A stretch of 64,000 nt of DNA, from positions 87,557 through 151,556 of the forward strand of contig JAVXVG010000017.1 in assembly GCA_032229975.1 (NCBI GenBank), written 5' to 3'. A program made the position numbers and the translations under genes. How positions within the stretch are numbered: position 1 is the stretch's first letter; each line of letters starts with the position of its first letter. This DNA is from Acidobacteriota bacterium (lineage in GTDB: Bacteria > Acidobacteriota > Blastocatellia > Pyrinomonadales > Pyrinomonadaceae). Shown here piece by piece: positions 1 to 9,800 of this stretch. The notes below the pieces were generated by a model. That model saw only the letters and a program-made list of their open reading frames with translations, was not told where the DNA came from and ran no database searches.

Positions 1-1
1 C

Positions 2-217
2 GCCGATCTCAGCGCGTTTCAGGCGGGAGGCAAGCATCACCTCACCGCAGCAAACCTGTCGGCAAACCCCGCCGCAGCGATCCCCAAAATCTGTGCGGCC
101 TACAACGTGGTGAAGCCCATCCTGCAACTCTTGTCGAACCTTCCGCTCATCCCCAAGAAGTGGAAAGACGCCATCAAGGCCTTCATGTCCGTGCTGGACA
201 TGCTCTGCGCCGGATAA
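2..217 (+). CDS. 3' end of an upstream gene (last 71 codons, product unknown)
   Basis: Frame is open from the window edge to TAA at 215-217 (...KKWKDAIKAFMSVLDMLCAG*). No start codon lies in the window. Confidence 0.4.
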   Translation, partial: ADLSAFQAGGKHHLTAANLSANPAAAIPKICAAYNVVKPILQLLSNLPLIPKKWKDAIKAFMSVLDMLCAG

Positions 218-465
218 CACACGGCGTAAGATCGTCTGACACGATCAGACTGGAACGCGGCTGATGCCGCTCACACTTTTAACTGCGTCAACACGACGAG
301 AGGTGTGAGCGGCATCGTCGTGTTCACTAATGGATCAAACTCAACTCGGCCACGCGATACTTTTTTTCAACATTGAATTGTCCCGTAGCGTTGAAGTCTT
401 CTTGCGCAGGGGCCGGTTGGTTCGAGCGTTAGGCAGTCGCGTGGAGTTATCGTAAGCTGCGAGGG

Positions 466-858
466 ATGAAGAGAATCAAGCTCGTCCTCAAATATATATT
501 CGCGTTGTTCTTCGTGGTGGGCGGCTTCAATCACTTCATCAATACCAATTTTTACTTGAAGATCATGCCGCCTTATCTACCTTCGCCTCTGCTGCTCGTT
601 TATCTAAGCGGTGTCATTGAAGTAGCGCTGGGCCTGTTGCTACTCATTCCGAAGTTTACGCGCGTGGCTGCTTGGGGGCTCATCGCGCTGCTGCTCGGAG
701 TCTTCCCCGCTAACATTCACATGGCGTTTCATCGAGAGCTTTATCCGGAGTACGGCAGCGCGGCTTTGTGGTTGAGGTTGCCGCTACAACTCGTGCTGAT
801 CGCGTGGGCCTACTGGTACACGTTGCCAAGCACTCGTATGACTTCGAGTACACGTTAG
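466..858 (+). CDS. DoxX-family small integral membrane protein
   Basis: 130 aa with four hydrophobic segments. The FFVVGGFNHF...IEVALGLLLLIP...FPANIHMA pattern is typical of DoxX-like proteins. Confidence 0.7.
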   Translation: MKRIKLVLKYIFALFFVVGGFNHFINTNFYLKIMPPYLPSPLLLVYLSGVIEVALGLLLLIPKFTRVAAWGLIALLLGVFPANIHMAFHRELYPEYGSAALWLRLPLQLVLIAWAYWYTLPSTRMTSSTR

Positions 859-904
859 CCGAAACCCAATAACGTTTCATCAAAATCATCGCGACAAAAT
901 GAAG

Positions 905-940
905 CGGGCGAGTCCTGTTGGAACTCGCCCGTTTCTTGTT
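905..940 (+). terminator. Rho-independent terminator after the DoxX gene
   Basis: Stem CGGGCGAGT/ACTCGCCCG (905-913 / 923-931) followed by TTTCTTGTT. Confidence 0.6.
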
Positions 941-968
941 GAGCAATGCTTTCGTTTAGAAGAGGTGA

Positions 969-1041
969 TGCCCCCGGCAGGACTTGAACCTGCGACCCCC
1001 TGCTTAGGAGGCAGGTGCTCTATCCACTGAGCTACGGGAGC
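969..1041 (-). tRNA. tRNA-Arg(CCT)
   Basis: Hand-folded cloverleaf on the minus strand: acceptor GCTCCCG/CGGGGGC, D-arm GCTCAGTGGATAGAGC, anticodon loop CTCCTAA, T-arm GCAGGTTCAAGTCCTGC. No CCA is encoded. Confidence 0.9.
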
Positions 1042-1087
1042 ACGCGAAGCGAAATTAACAGACGTGCCGCGCGGCAGTCCAGCTTTC

Positions 1088-1609
1088 TCACGATTGATAC
1101 TTGAGTAGCGCGCGCACGTCGTAGCCTTCGAGTCTTTTGCGTCCGGGCAAAAACTCTAACTCGATGACGAAGGCGAGACCGACCACCTCGCCGCCCAGAC
1201 TCTCGACGAGATCGACGACGGCCTTCGCCGTGCCGCCCGTCGCGAGTAGATCGTCTGCGATGAGGACGCGGTGGCCCTCGCCGACTGCGTCGCGGTGAAT
1301 CTCCAGAGTGTCTTGTCCATACTCCAACTCATAAGAGATCGAAGCACACTCGGCTGGCAGCTTCTTCGGCTTGCGCACGGGAACGAAGCCCGCGCTGAGA
1401 TGATAGGCAATCGCCGGCGCGAAGATGAAGCCGCGCGCCTCGATGCCGACGACCGTGTCGATCTTCTCGCCGCGAAACTCGTCGCAGAGCGCATCGACCG
1501 TGCGGCGCAAGCCTTCCGGGTGCTTCAAGAGCGTCGTGATGTCGTAGAAGTTGATGCCCGGCTTCGGAAAGTCCGGCACTTCGCGGATCAGTTTTTTGAG
1601 ATCGTCCAT
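1088..1609 (-). CDS. apt: adenine phosphoribosyltransferase
   Basis: 173 aa. [15 protein letters not shown] at the N-terminus and the PRPP-binding motif [14 protein letters not shown]. Confidence 0.95.
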   Translation of the reverse strand: MDDLKKLIREVPDFPKPGINFYDITTLLKHPEGLRRTVDALCDEFRGEKIDTVVGIEARGFIFAPAIAYHLSAGFVPVRKPKKLPAECASISYELEYGQDTLEIHRDAVGEGHRVLIADDLLATGGTAKAVVDLVESLGGEVVGLAFVIELEFLPGRKRLEGYDVRALLKYQS

Positions 1610-1618
1610 GATAGGGAA

Positions 1619-1731
1619 CAGTCAGCACTCAGCAGTCAGTTTTTCTCGCAGGCCAACCTTCATCGTTACGTTCAGCAACTCATCTCACAGGCGGATCGGC
1701 TGAATGCTGAATGCTGACTGCTAAGTGCTGC
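1619..1731. repeat. Heptamer-periodic hairpin repeat, family A (GCTGAAT-type), copy 1
   Basis: Left arm CAGCACTCAGCAGTCAG (1623-1639) pairs with CTGACTGCTAAGTGCTG (1714-1730). The right arm is the tandem heptamers CTGAATG CTGAATG CTGACTG CTAAGTG. Confidence 0.7.
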
Positions 1732-1732
1732 T

Positions 1733-2008
1733 TCACCTTTCGATTCTGAATGAACTGTAAGAGCCTGTGGGATCGAGGCTGAGTTCTTCCACCTGCTCGA
1801 CGCGGCTGAACTGTGGCCCTGCGGCGAGATCGTGCTTGATGCCTTCGACGCCTTCGGGCGTCCCTTCGGCGAGAACTTCGACGCGACCGTCTTTGAGGTT
1901 TCGCACGTAGCCCGTGATCTGATGGCGCGCGGCGACGCGTTGCGCGAAGAAACGGTAGCCGACGCCCTGCACCTCCCCACTGACGAAAAACCTGCGCGCG
2001 ATCTTCAT
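1733..2008 (-). CDS. acyP: acylphosphatase
   Basis: 91 aa from MKIARRFFVSGEVQGVGYRFF. The V.G.VQGVGYR and GYVRN..DG.VE motifs are present. The ORF-track N-terminal extension is ignored. Confidence 0.85.
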   Translation of the reverse strand: MKIARRFFVSGEVQGVGYRFFAQRVAARHQITGYVRNLKDGRVEVLAEGTPEGVEGIKHDLAAGPQFSRVEQVEELSLDPTGSYSSFRIER

Positions 2009-2133
2009 CTCAACTGCAAGCCCCTCGCTCGCCAACACACACACACGCGAGACGCGCTATCCTAAAAGAACTACGCGCGCGAAAGCAACGACTGTCGCGC
2101 AGATCGATCTCCACGTCGCATCCTTTGACTCAC

Positions 2134-4905
2134 TCAACGCCGCTCCGTCAACTCTATGATCTTCACGTCGCCCGGCCCGACGCGCACCTTAACAATAGAT
2201 TGTGATCCTGTTCCAGCGACTTCGAGCGTCGCATCCGAAGTCCACTCACGTGCCTGCGCGATCCCCTTACCCATGAGCGCGAGCGTGACATCGGCCCACG
2301 CCGCGCGATCAACTTGCGCGAGCCCCTGCTGCGGCTTGAAGACGCCGCGATTGTTGATGAGCGTGACGACCCACCCGCGATCAGTCCGGTTGATGAGACG
2401 CTGTACGTCGCCGGAAACTTTGACGGGCACAACGTCCGCCGCGAGGTGCGCAAGCACATGCGCCGCCACGGGCGCGAGACGTTCATCCAAGCCGAGCAGA
2501 TCGGGCACGGCGCAGAAGATGATACGACCTCGACCGATCTTGTTCGACGTGACGAGCGCATCGCCCGCGCGCGTTCGCATCAACACCTCCGCCCCGCGTA
2601 GCTCTGTGCGCGCGTACTCGAAGACTCCGCCGCTCAAGTTCACGCCCGCGTCGTTCGGCATCAAGCACTCCGCGTCGTCGGCCTCCGCGCTCGTGCCTGT
2701 TACATGAACGCCGAGCAGCTCTTCGGGAAGGCCCTTCACCTGCGCCGCGTTCAAGACAAGCACGCCGCCCTTCGACACGTAGTCGCGCAACTGCGCGATC
2801 CACGCGGGCGACCACTCGATGCGCCCGCCGACAACCGCCGCGCGATAAGAGTTGACGATGTCGCGCCCTTCATCCGAAGCGACGAGCACGTCGAAGATGT
2901 CGCCGAACATTCCGTTGACGAACGATTGTCTATCGGCAGTCGCGGGCTCGCCCTCGGTCGCGGGCGCAGGATAGTAAGCTGCGCCGAGCAGTTCCCTCAG
3001 TGCGCGATCCTGTCGCTCCTGCGGGACGACGCCGTAAGACCACTGCGGATAGTCCGTCTGATCCCAACCGTGGGCCGGATCGAGCAGGAACGCGACGGGC
3101 GTGTAAGGCGTGCCGCGATCTTTATGGCCCTCCGCGAAGCGCACGAACTCGTCCGTGATGCGGCCCAAGGGGTTCAACTGGAACGGATGCTCGCCCGGCC
3201 CCGGCTTGAAGAACTGATCGAAGCCCTGTTCGAGATAGATCGCCGACGCGCCCGCCATGTAATAGAGATAATAACTTTTGCGATACCAAGAGAGCGAGGG
3301 CCCCATCGTCGCGCCGTAGCGCGTGTGATAGAAGCTCGCAGGGCCCGCGAAGTTCTGCTGGCGCGTGAAGCTGGTCGCCGTGTCGCCGAAGTTGGCGGCG
3401 TGATAGTAGAGAAACGTCGCGCCGTACTGCCGCGCCGCGCCGCGCTCGAAGGCGACGCGCATCCCGACGCTCGGCATCACGGCGGCGGTCTCCATGCCGA
3501 TCATCCGCGAGCCCCAACGCGCGAGCGAGTGTGCGAAGTAGGTGCTTGAAGTGGCCTGCGCCGCGATGAGCTTGTCCCACATTGGGCCCGTCTGCGTGTG
3601 AAACATCGCGCTCCATTTTTTATCGAGCGCGCCTGTGAAATATTTTCGATTAGCTTCGAGCAGATCGCGTCGCGGCGTGGTCGCCGTCAAGTTGAGCGCG
3701 GCGACCGCCTGCGGGTCCCACGCGTAGCCGACGTTCTCGCCCGATATCCAACCCAAGAATTGATCGCGAAAGTCGCTCGTCAACAACTTCCACGCAGCCT
3801 GACCATCAGCTTCCGAGAAAGACGCCGCGCCGTAGTTGATGTTGATGGCGAAGGGCGCGCGCGCGTCTCTCAGATAGCGCACGAAGGGGGCCCCCTCTTT
3901 CAAGAGCGCGGGTAGCTCGTTGATGTGCACGACGGGGACGATGAGCGGCGAAGAGAAGATCGGCACGTCCTTCGCGCCTTTGTAAGCCGCGACGTACTGT
4001 TCAGGCGTCTCCGCGTTGAAGGGATAGAGCGAACGCTCTGCCACAGGCTTATCGTAGCTCGGCCAGAACTCCTTCGAGATATTCCACGGCATCAGGAAGT
4101 CGCGACCGGCGACGAGTGGCCTTCGCCACGACTTCGGCACGACGCCCGTCGCATCAGAGCCGACGAGCGGCGAGAGTTGCGACGTGCTCGCCATCTGTTC
4201 GCGCAAGACGCGCATCGCGGCGAACTCAGGCTTCTGCCGGCCTGTGGGCTTGAACGCGAGATCGTTTGTGAGCAAGAAGCAATCGACGTGGCGTCGCGCT
4301 TCAGCCGCGCGCGCGATCTCGAATGAGACGACCGCGCGTCCCTTCTCCAGAGCGAAGGGAGGCGAGCTGTCCCACGCGAAAGCCCAGCCCCAGTACATCG
4401 TCGTCTCGTCGTGCGCGCCGATCACGTCTCGCTCGCCAAACGTCGTGCGATGCACGACGCGCCCGGATTGCGAGATGGCCGCGTCGAAGTATTCGCTCTT
4501 GCCCGCCCAGTCCGCATAGCGCACCCAGAGTCGATACTGGCCCGCGCGCGGCACTTGCAACTCCTGTGAGATCGTCGCGTGCGTCTCGTCCGCGCTCGCA
4601 GCAGCGGAGTTCCATTCGCTCTCGCCTCCCTGCGACCACTCGGCGGAGACGCCGGGGCCATTCATGCCCCAACCCGGAGCCTGTGCGCGCGGCGGATCGA
4701 TCCAAGAGGCGTTGATGATCGGATTATTAAGTTTGTCCGTCGAGAAGCCGCGCATGTTCTCGGCTTCGTACCAGAGATATTCGGGCGAGGCGGGGCGCGT
4801 CTGTGTCGTCGATTGCGGAGTCGGCGCGGATGGCCCGTGGTGGGCCGGCTGTGGTTGTTGCGCGAAGCAGTTGGTGAGAAGCAAGGCGGCGACGCAGAGT
4901 CGCAT
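2134..4905 (-). CDS. large secreted protein of unknown function (N-terminal carbohydrate-binding-like region, C-terminal GATase1/ThuA-like region)
   Basis: Start is placed at MRLCVAALLLTNCFAQQ (signal peptide). The ORF is long and uninterrupted. I recognise no catalytic motif. Confidence 0.65.
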   Translation of the reverse strand: MRLCVAALLLTNCFAQQPQPAHHGPSAPTPQSTTQTRPASPEYLWYEAENMRGFSTDKLNNPIINASWIDPPRAQAPGWGMNGPGVSAEWSQGGESEWNSAAASADETHATISQELQVPRAGQYRLWVRYADWAGKSEYFDAAISQSGRVVHRTTFGERDVIGAHDETTMYWGWAFAWDSSPPFALEKGRAVVSFEIARAAEARRHVDCFLLTNDLAFKPTGRQKPEFAAMRVLREQMASTSQLSPLVGSDATGVVPKSWRRPLVAGRDFLMPWNISKEFWPSYDKPVAERSLYPFNAETPEQYVAAYKGAKDVPIFSSPLIVPVVHINELPALLKEGAPFVRYLRDARAPFAININYGAASFSEADGQAAWKLLTSDFRDQFLGWISGENVGYAWDPQAVAALNLTATTPRRDLLEANRKYFTGALDKKWSAMFHTQTGPMWDKLIAAQATSSTYFAHSLARWGSRMIGMETAAVMPSVGMRVAFERGAARQYGATFLYYHAANFGDTATSFTRQQNFAGPASFYHTRYGATMGPSLSWYRKSYYLYYMAGASAIYLEQGFDQFFKPGPGEHPFQLNPLGRITDEFVRFAEGHKDRGTPYTPVAFLLDPAHGWDQTDYPQWSYGVVPQERQDRALRELLGAAYYPAPATEGEPATADRQSFVNGMFGDIFDVLVASDEGRDIVNSYRAAVVGGRIEWSPAWIAQLRDYVSKGGVLVLNAAQVKGLPEELLGVHVTGTSAEADDAECLMPNDAGVNLSGGVFEYARTELRGAEVLMRTRAGDALVTSNKIGRGRIIFCAVPDLLGLDERLAPVAAHVLAHLAADVVPVKVSGDVQRLINRTDRGWVVTLINNRGVFKPQQGLAQVDRAAWADVTLALMGKGIAQAREWTSDATLEVAGTGSQSIVKVRVGPGDVKIIELTERR

Positions 4906-5093
4906 CGCGTGGCGCGTGGCGCGAAACTGCGCCGAAGACACAACGGCGCGGCGTTCATGATCTCGTCTCACACAACGCCGCGCCTCGAAGCTCATCAGTA
5001 AAATCTTAATCAGTGTTCAAATCTACAACGCGAACGATCATGCGATGAACTCGCGCACGTTGTTCCTCACGCCTGCGCTTCCGCGCCACGACT

Positions 5094-5870
5094 TTAGCCG
5101 AGAGCGTCGAGACATTCGGCGAGCGTGCGCTGGCGACAGGTGTACATCGGCGTGTCGCGCAAAGTGAAGCTCGAAGCCTTCGTCTCGCGCAACTCCTGCA
5201 CGAGATCGAGGAAGTCCGCAGGGTATTCGGTCTCGAAGGCCACGACGAACTCTTGATCGTCGAGTCCGAAGGAGTAAGTCGTGTGGAGTTTGACGGACTG
5301 GTATTTCGAGCCGATGCGTATGTGCTCGTCCATCATTCCCTGCCGCTCCTCCGCCGAGAGCGCGTACCATTGCCGCGTCTTCACGAACGGATAGACGAAC
5401 AGATACTTCGACCGGCCCGGAACGATATGCAAGCGATCTTCGACGTGCTCCGGGTTGTCCTTGTCGATGTACATTGAACGCTTCGTCATCGAGAGGAACG
5501 ACTGCGTCACTTCGAGGTAGCGACCGAGCGTCGTGTGATTGAGCCGCGCGGTCATCTCCTGCACGGGATCGAGCGCGTAGCCGATGCGCCAGATCATGAA
5601 GTCTGCGTTCGAGCGCAGGCCCGTGATCGAGTAGGTGTTCAGCAGTAGATCGGTGCGGCAGGCTTCGTATGCTTCGACGAACTCGCGCTTGGCCGTCTCG
5701 CGTGTCTTGGCGTCGAGCAGTCGCCACTCCGGCCGCACCGTGTAGAAAGTGAAGCTGACGAACTGACGTGGCAGAGTCTGTCTCGGCGGCTCTTCGGCCA
5801 CTTGCGTGCCGCGCTCTGCGAGACGCAGCGAGCCGCGCGTGCTCGCGGGCTGAACGTTGTCCGTGCTCAT
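5094..5870 (-). CDS. chlorite dismutase-family haem protein (HemQ/ChdC-like coproheme decarboxylase)
   Basis: Blocks FVSFTFY...RPEW, YLFVYPFVKTRQWY, MDEHIRIG and FGLDDQEFVVAFE are typical of the Cld/HemQ family. Start is set at MSTDNVQ (5870). Confidence 0.8.
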   Translation of the reverse strand: MSTDNVQPASTRGSLRLAERGTQVAEEPPRQTLPRQFVSFTFYTVRPEWRLLDAKTRETAKREFVEAYEACRTDLLLNTYSITGLRSNADFMIWRIGYALDPVQEMTARLNHTTLGRYLEVTQSFLSMTKRSMYIDKDNPEHVEDRLHIVPGRSKYLFVYPFVKTRQWYALSAEERQGMMDEHIRIGSKYQSVKLHTTYSFGLDDQEFVVAFETEYPADFLDLVQELRETKASSFTLRDTPMYTCRQRTLAECLDALG

Positions 5871-6134
5871 AAAACCAGACCTTCCTTCCGGGGGACTTTT
5901 GGCGGGCGCGACGCGCTGCGCGCTTGGCGTGTCGTGGGCCCGTCGCGTGAGATAAAAACGGTGTGGCGCGGCGCGCGTGTATTGTGCTGCGCCGCGCGCG
6001 AGATTGCAAACCGCGACGGCGCAACTTTGCATGCAATGCGCGAACCTCGATACGCACTTCCGGCTCGCGCGCTGCGTGCGTTATACTCGCATCGATTTCA
6101 CGACAATCGAGAGTAGATTAACGGAGACCTTTCC

Positions 6135-6614
6135 ATGACGCGACTCAAGCTCGGCCTGATTGCACTCGCCTGTGCGCTCATAGCCTTCGCCTGCACGACG
6201 AACACGAACACCGGCACTGCGACGAACAGCACACATGCGTCGAACGCCAATACGACGACGAACGCCGCGCCCGCAAACGCCGCCGCCAACACGAACGCGC
6301 CCGCCACGAACGACGCGCTCGCCTCCGCACGCTCGACCTACAACAACGCCTGCGCCAAATGCCACAAGGAGACTGGCGAGGGCGGCGTCGCAGACATCGA
6401 CGGCGAGAAGCTGCGCGTGCCCGGCTTCAAAGGCGGCCACGCGCTCAAGCACTCGGACGCGGACTACGTCAAGAAGATCAACGAAGGCGGCGACGGGATG
6501 CCCAAGTTCAAGGGCCGACTCACGCCTGAACAGATCGACGGGCTCGTCCACTTCATCCGCACGGAGTTTCAGGCCGGCACAAACGCCGCAGGCACGACGA
6601 ACACGAACAAGTAA
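6135..6614 (+). CDS. class I c-type cytochrome, lipoprotein with an Asn/Thr-rich linker
   Basis: Lipobox-like signal LIAFAC, haem motif CAKCH, and a distal GGDGMPKF Met ligand region. Confidence 0.8.
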   Translation: MTRLKLGLIALACALIAFACTTNTNTGTATNSTHASNANTTTNAAPANAAANTNAPATNDALASARSTYNNACAKCHKETGEGGVADIDGEKLRVPGFKGGHALKHSDADYVKKINEGGDGMPKFKGRLTPEQIDGLVHFIRTEFQAGTNAAGTTNTNK

Positions 6615-6655
6615 GCACACGCCATGCCAATCGCTCCTGCAAGCGATTAGCTCGC

Positions 6656-6729
6656 GCACCCGTAGCTCAGTTGGATAGAGCATCTGACTTCGAATCAGAG
6701 GGCCGCAGGTTCGAGTCCTGCCGGGTGCA
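6656..6729 (+). tRNA. tRNA-Arg(TCG), canonical-looking
   Basis: Acceptor GCACCCG/CGGGTGC, D-arm GCTCAGTTGGATAGAGC, anticodon loop CTTCGAA, T-arm GCAGGTTCGAGTCCTGC. Confidence 0.9.
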
Positions 6730-6770
6730 TCACTTTCAAAGTTCCGCATACACGATCATTTAACAGAATC

Positions 6771-6814
6771 TAAAAGAGAAGCGGCGCGCGACTCGAACGG
6801 TTGCGCGCCGCTTC
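6771..6814 (-). terminator. Rho-independent terminator of the nuclease-helicase operon
   Basis: Stem GAAGCGGCGCGC/GCGCGCCGCTTC (6778-6789 / 6803-6814). On the minus strand it is followed by TCTTTTA. Confidence 0.6.
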
Positions 6815-6854
6815 CACATTACTTTTCCGGCGACTCTTCCATGCTCCTGCCGTG

Positions 6855-9800
6855 TCAGCAGGTCTCTTCCGCGAGCGAGCGCACGACGACTCGTTGACCA
6901 CCGATCTCGCCTTCCCACAAAACCGTCGCCGCGCATTCGTGCCTCAAATATTTCCAGAGCGCGCTGCGTTCGTACTCGTCGAGGTCTGCGGGGATGAGAT
7001 CGAAGACGGCGCGCGAGGCGACGACGACGAGCTTGCGTCGCGGTCGCGAGACGGCCACCGTCAAACGACGCGGCTCAAGCAAGAAACCGCTCTCGGCTTG
7101 CGCGAACTCTCGATCTGAGACCGTCGCGGAGACGATGATGAGATCGCGCTCGCCGCCTTGAAAACGCTCGACCGTGTCGATTGATTCGGCGAGTTCCGGC
7201 AGGCGCGTTTGCAGCAGAGACTTCTGCGCGCGGTGCGGCACAACGACGCCGATGCCGCGTCGCGCGTCGAGTCCGAGTTGATGTGTCGCGACGCGCGCGA
7301 TCTCTGTCACGAGTGTCGCCTCGTATTCGTTCGACTGCTGCGACCCCGACTCATCGTGCTCGACGACGACGAGGGCCTGTTCGGGCCTGAAGACCGCCGC
7401 GAGCCACCCCGTCAAACCTTCGGGCGCGTTGAGCCGCAGTCGATTCCCGGAGCGGAAGTTGACGCCGTCTTGCGCATAGACGTGGCGGCGCAGGAAGCCT
7501 GCGATCTCCGTGGGGATGCGAAAAGATTCGTCGAGCGCGTCGCTGCGAAAGCCCGTCTCGCGCAAGGTTTCGAAGATCGAGAGATGTGGGCGCGCGTGTT
7601 TCATGTCGCGCCGGCTCTCCTCGTCCCATGCGTGCGCGAGTATCGGCGGCATCTGTCGATGATCGCCGATGGCGACGAACTGGCCGTCGTCGCGCAAGAA
7701 CGCGGCGGCTGTCAGAGCCTCCGCGATGCCCATCTGCGAAGCTTCATCAACGACGACGAGATCGAAAAACTTCTCCGACCAATCGACCGCGCGACCGCGC
7801 GCCGCGCCCTGCTTGATCAACTTGTAGAGTCCACCCGGCGTGCCGCCGACGACGAGCAAAGGCTCTGAGAGCAGCGCGTCCCACTGCTCAGCCGCGCTCG
7901 ACTCCTCACCACCATCAGCGAATATTTTTTCCACGCCTTCGGTTGCCTGCTCTCCCGCATCCGCGCACACCTTCGCGATCTTCAAAGTCGCGAGCGGCGC
8001 GAGACGCGTGTCGATGTTTGCGCCGTCTTGCGTCGCAGCGTCTCGCAACTCACGCGCGCGGCGTGCGATGCTCGCGAGCGCGATCTGCGTGGCGGCGTGA
8101 GTCCTTGCGCAGACGGCGATGCGGAAAGGACGTGCGGGCGTTGCGAGTGCGAGGGCGCGCACGAGGGCCATGAAGCCGAGCGTGTGGCTCTTGCCCGTGC
8201 CGGGTGGCCCCTGTAGGACGAGGACGCGATCCGCGACCGCTTCGCCGATGACGCGGCGTTGCGCGTCTGTGAGTCCGCGTGGCTGTTGCGTGCGCGATGC
8301 AAGGTCGGCGATCTCTACAGCGTCGCGCAGGCGTCGCGGGCGGATCGGTCGCGGACGCTTCGCTTCTTTCGCGTCGCAGAGCCAGCGATAGAGATTGTTG
8401 GTCGCACTGTTGCGGCAGGCGTCGAGAAACTTGTCGGCGTTGAGATCGTCCGCCATCTCGTCAATAGTGAAGAACGCGCCCGACTCCGGCTTGTGCCGGA
8501 CGTGCGAGAAGCGGAAGTCAGAATTCTTGAACGTCATCGAGAGCAGGCGTAGAGAGAGACGGCCCGCGTCGAACTCTTCGACGATGCCAAGCCGACCGCG
8601 CAACAGTTTCCACGCAGGAAGCGCGCTACCACCTTCACCGGCCAGAGGATTGAGCACGACCCAGTCGCCCGCACGAAACTTCGCGACCGGAGCGTGTGCA
8701 TTCGCACTCATCTCATCGAAGATTTTGCTCGCCGAGTCTTCAGCGTCGTTCGTATTGTGCGCGTCACCAGCGTCGAACGTGAACGTTGCGCGCTCGCCTC
8801 CGGCTGACTTTTCGTAAGCGTCGCAGCGCAGGATGAGCGTGCGGCCCGTTTGCGCGCGCTGTTCGGGCGGGAGCGCGAGATGCAGGAGGAGTGTCTGCAC
8901 CTTCGCATGATGTTCGAGGTAGAGAAAATCTTCTAGCGCGCGACTTAAGGGAACGGACGCGGGATCGATCTCCGTCTCGTCGAGGCGCGAGAGCGTGAGC
9001 GGTCGTTTCTCGACGTGGCGATTCTTCTGCTTGAAACTCTCTTCAATGTGGCGCAGCGCACGGCAGCGCAGCAAGGCGAGCGCGCGCACGTCTTCCATCG
9101 TCACGCCGTTGAAGTTGCTCAGGTAGTTGCGCTCCTGCTCCGTCGGCTCGGCTTCTCCACCCAACCGGCCCCACGCGGCGTAGGCGTATTCGAGCGGAAT
9201 CTCCGTGCCGAAGCGCGCTGACGACTCGACGACGTGCGCGCCGCCTTCTTTGTCGGCGGGCGCAAAGAGTCCGGTCTGCGTGTCGCGCGCGAAGGAACGT
9301 GTGGCATCGAAGACGCGTGCGCGAAACTTCGCAGATGTGTCGTGCGCCGGGTCGTCCCAGCGAAAGCCAAGCTCGCGGGCCACCTCGTAGAGATTCTGGC
9401 AGACGTGCGCGAGGTTCATGCGCTCGCAGACTTCGTCGGCGAGGAAAGAGATCATCGACTGCGTGAGCGCAGGATGCGACGTGAGTAGATCGTAGAACGC
9501 AGGAAGCGCGCATAGCGTCTCGAAGTGGCGCGCGAGCGCGTCGAGCAGCGAGCGTTGACTGCGGCGGTCGAAGAGATAGATGTGAACGGGTGCTTCCCTT
9601 CCGTCAGCCGCGCGCGCGATCTGAGGCAGGAGGCGTGTGATCCATTCGATGAGCAGAGCGCGCTCCGCATCTGTGTCGGGCGGAGAGTCGGTCGATTCTA
9701 TAACTTCAGCCGAGCCGCAGGGGCCCGCGACGAGCGCGGACAGAAGATAGACGCGATCTTCGAGATGATCGCGCTGTGCGTCGATGAAGACTTTAACGAG

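Noticed and set aside
6704-6726. A 23-nt identical segment (CGCAGGTTCGAGTCCTGCCGGGT) occurs at the 3' end of tRNA-Arg(TCG) at 6704-6726 and in tRNA-Arg(GCG) at 13067-13089. These could be attL/attR of a 6.3-kb island carrying the nuclease-helicase operon.
   Set aside because: The two tRNAs are also similar in their 5' halves, so whole-gene paralogy explains the repeat. No integrase or recombinase lies between them. It remains worth checking against related genomes for presence or absence of the interval.
5038-6749. Arg/Ala-rich ORFs overlap or lie antisense to real genes. Examples: 5038-6057, 6081-6749, 19466-20995, 22151-23026, 28217-29002, 31736-32545, 42803-43672 and 61321-62181.
   Set aside because: These are typical high-GC shadow ORFs: extreme Arg/Ala/Pro composition, no recognisable motifs, and each fully overlapped by a gene with clear family signatures.
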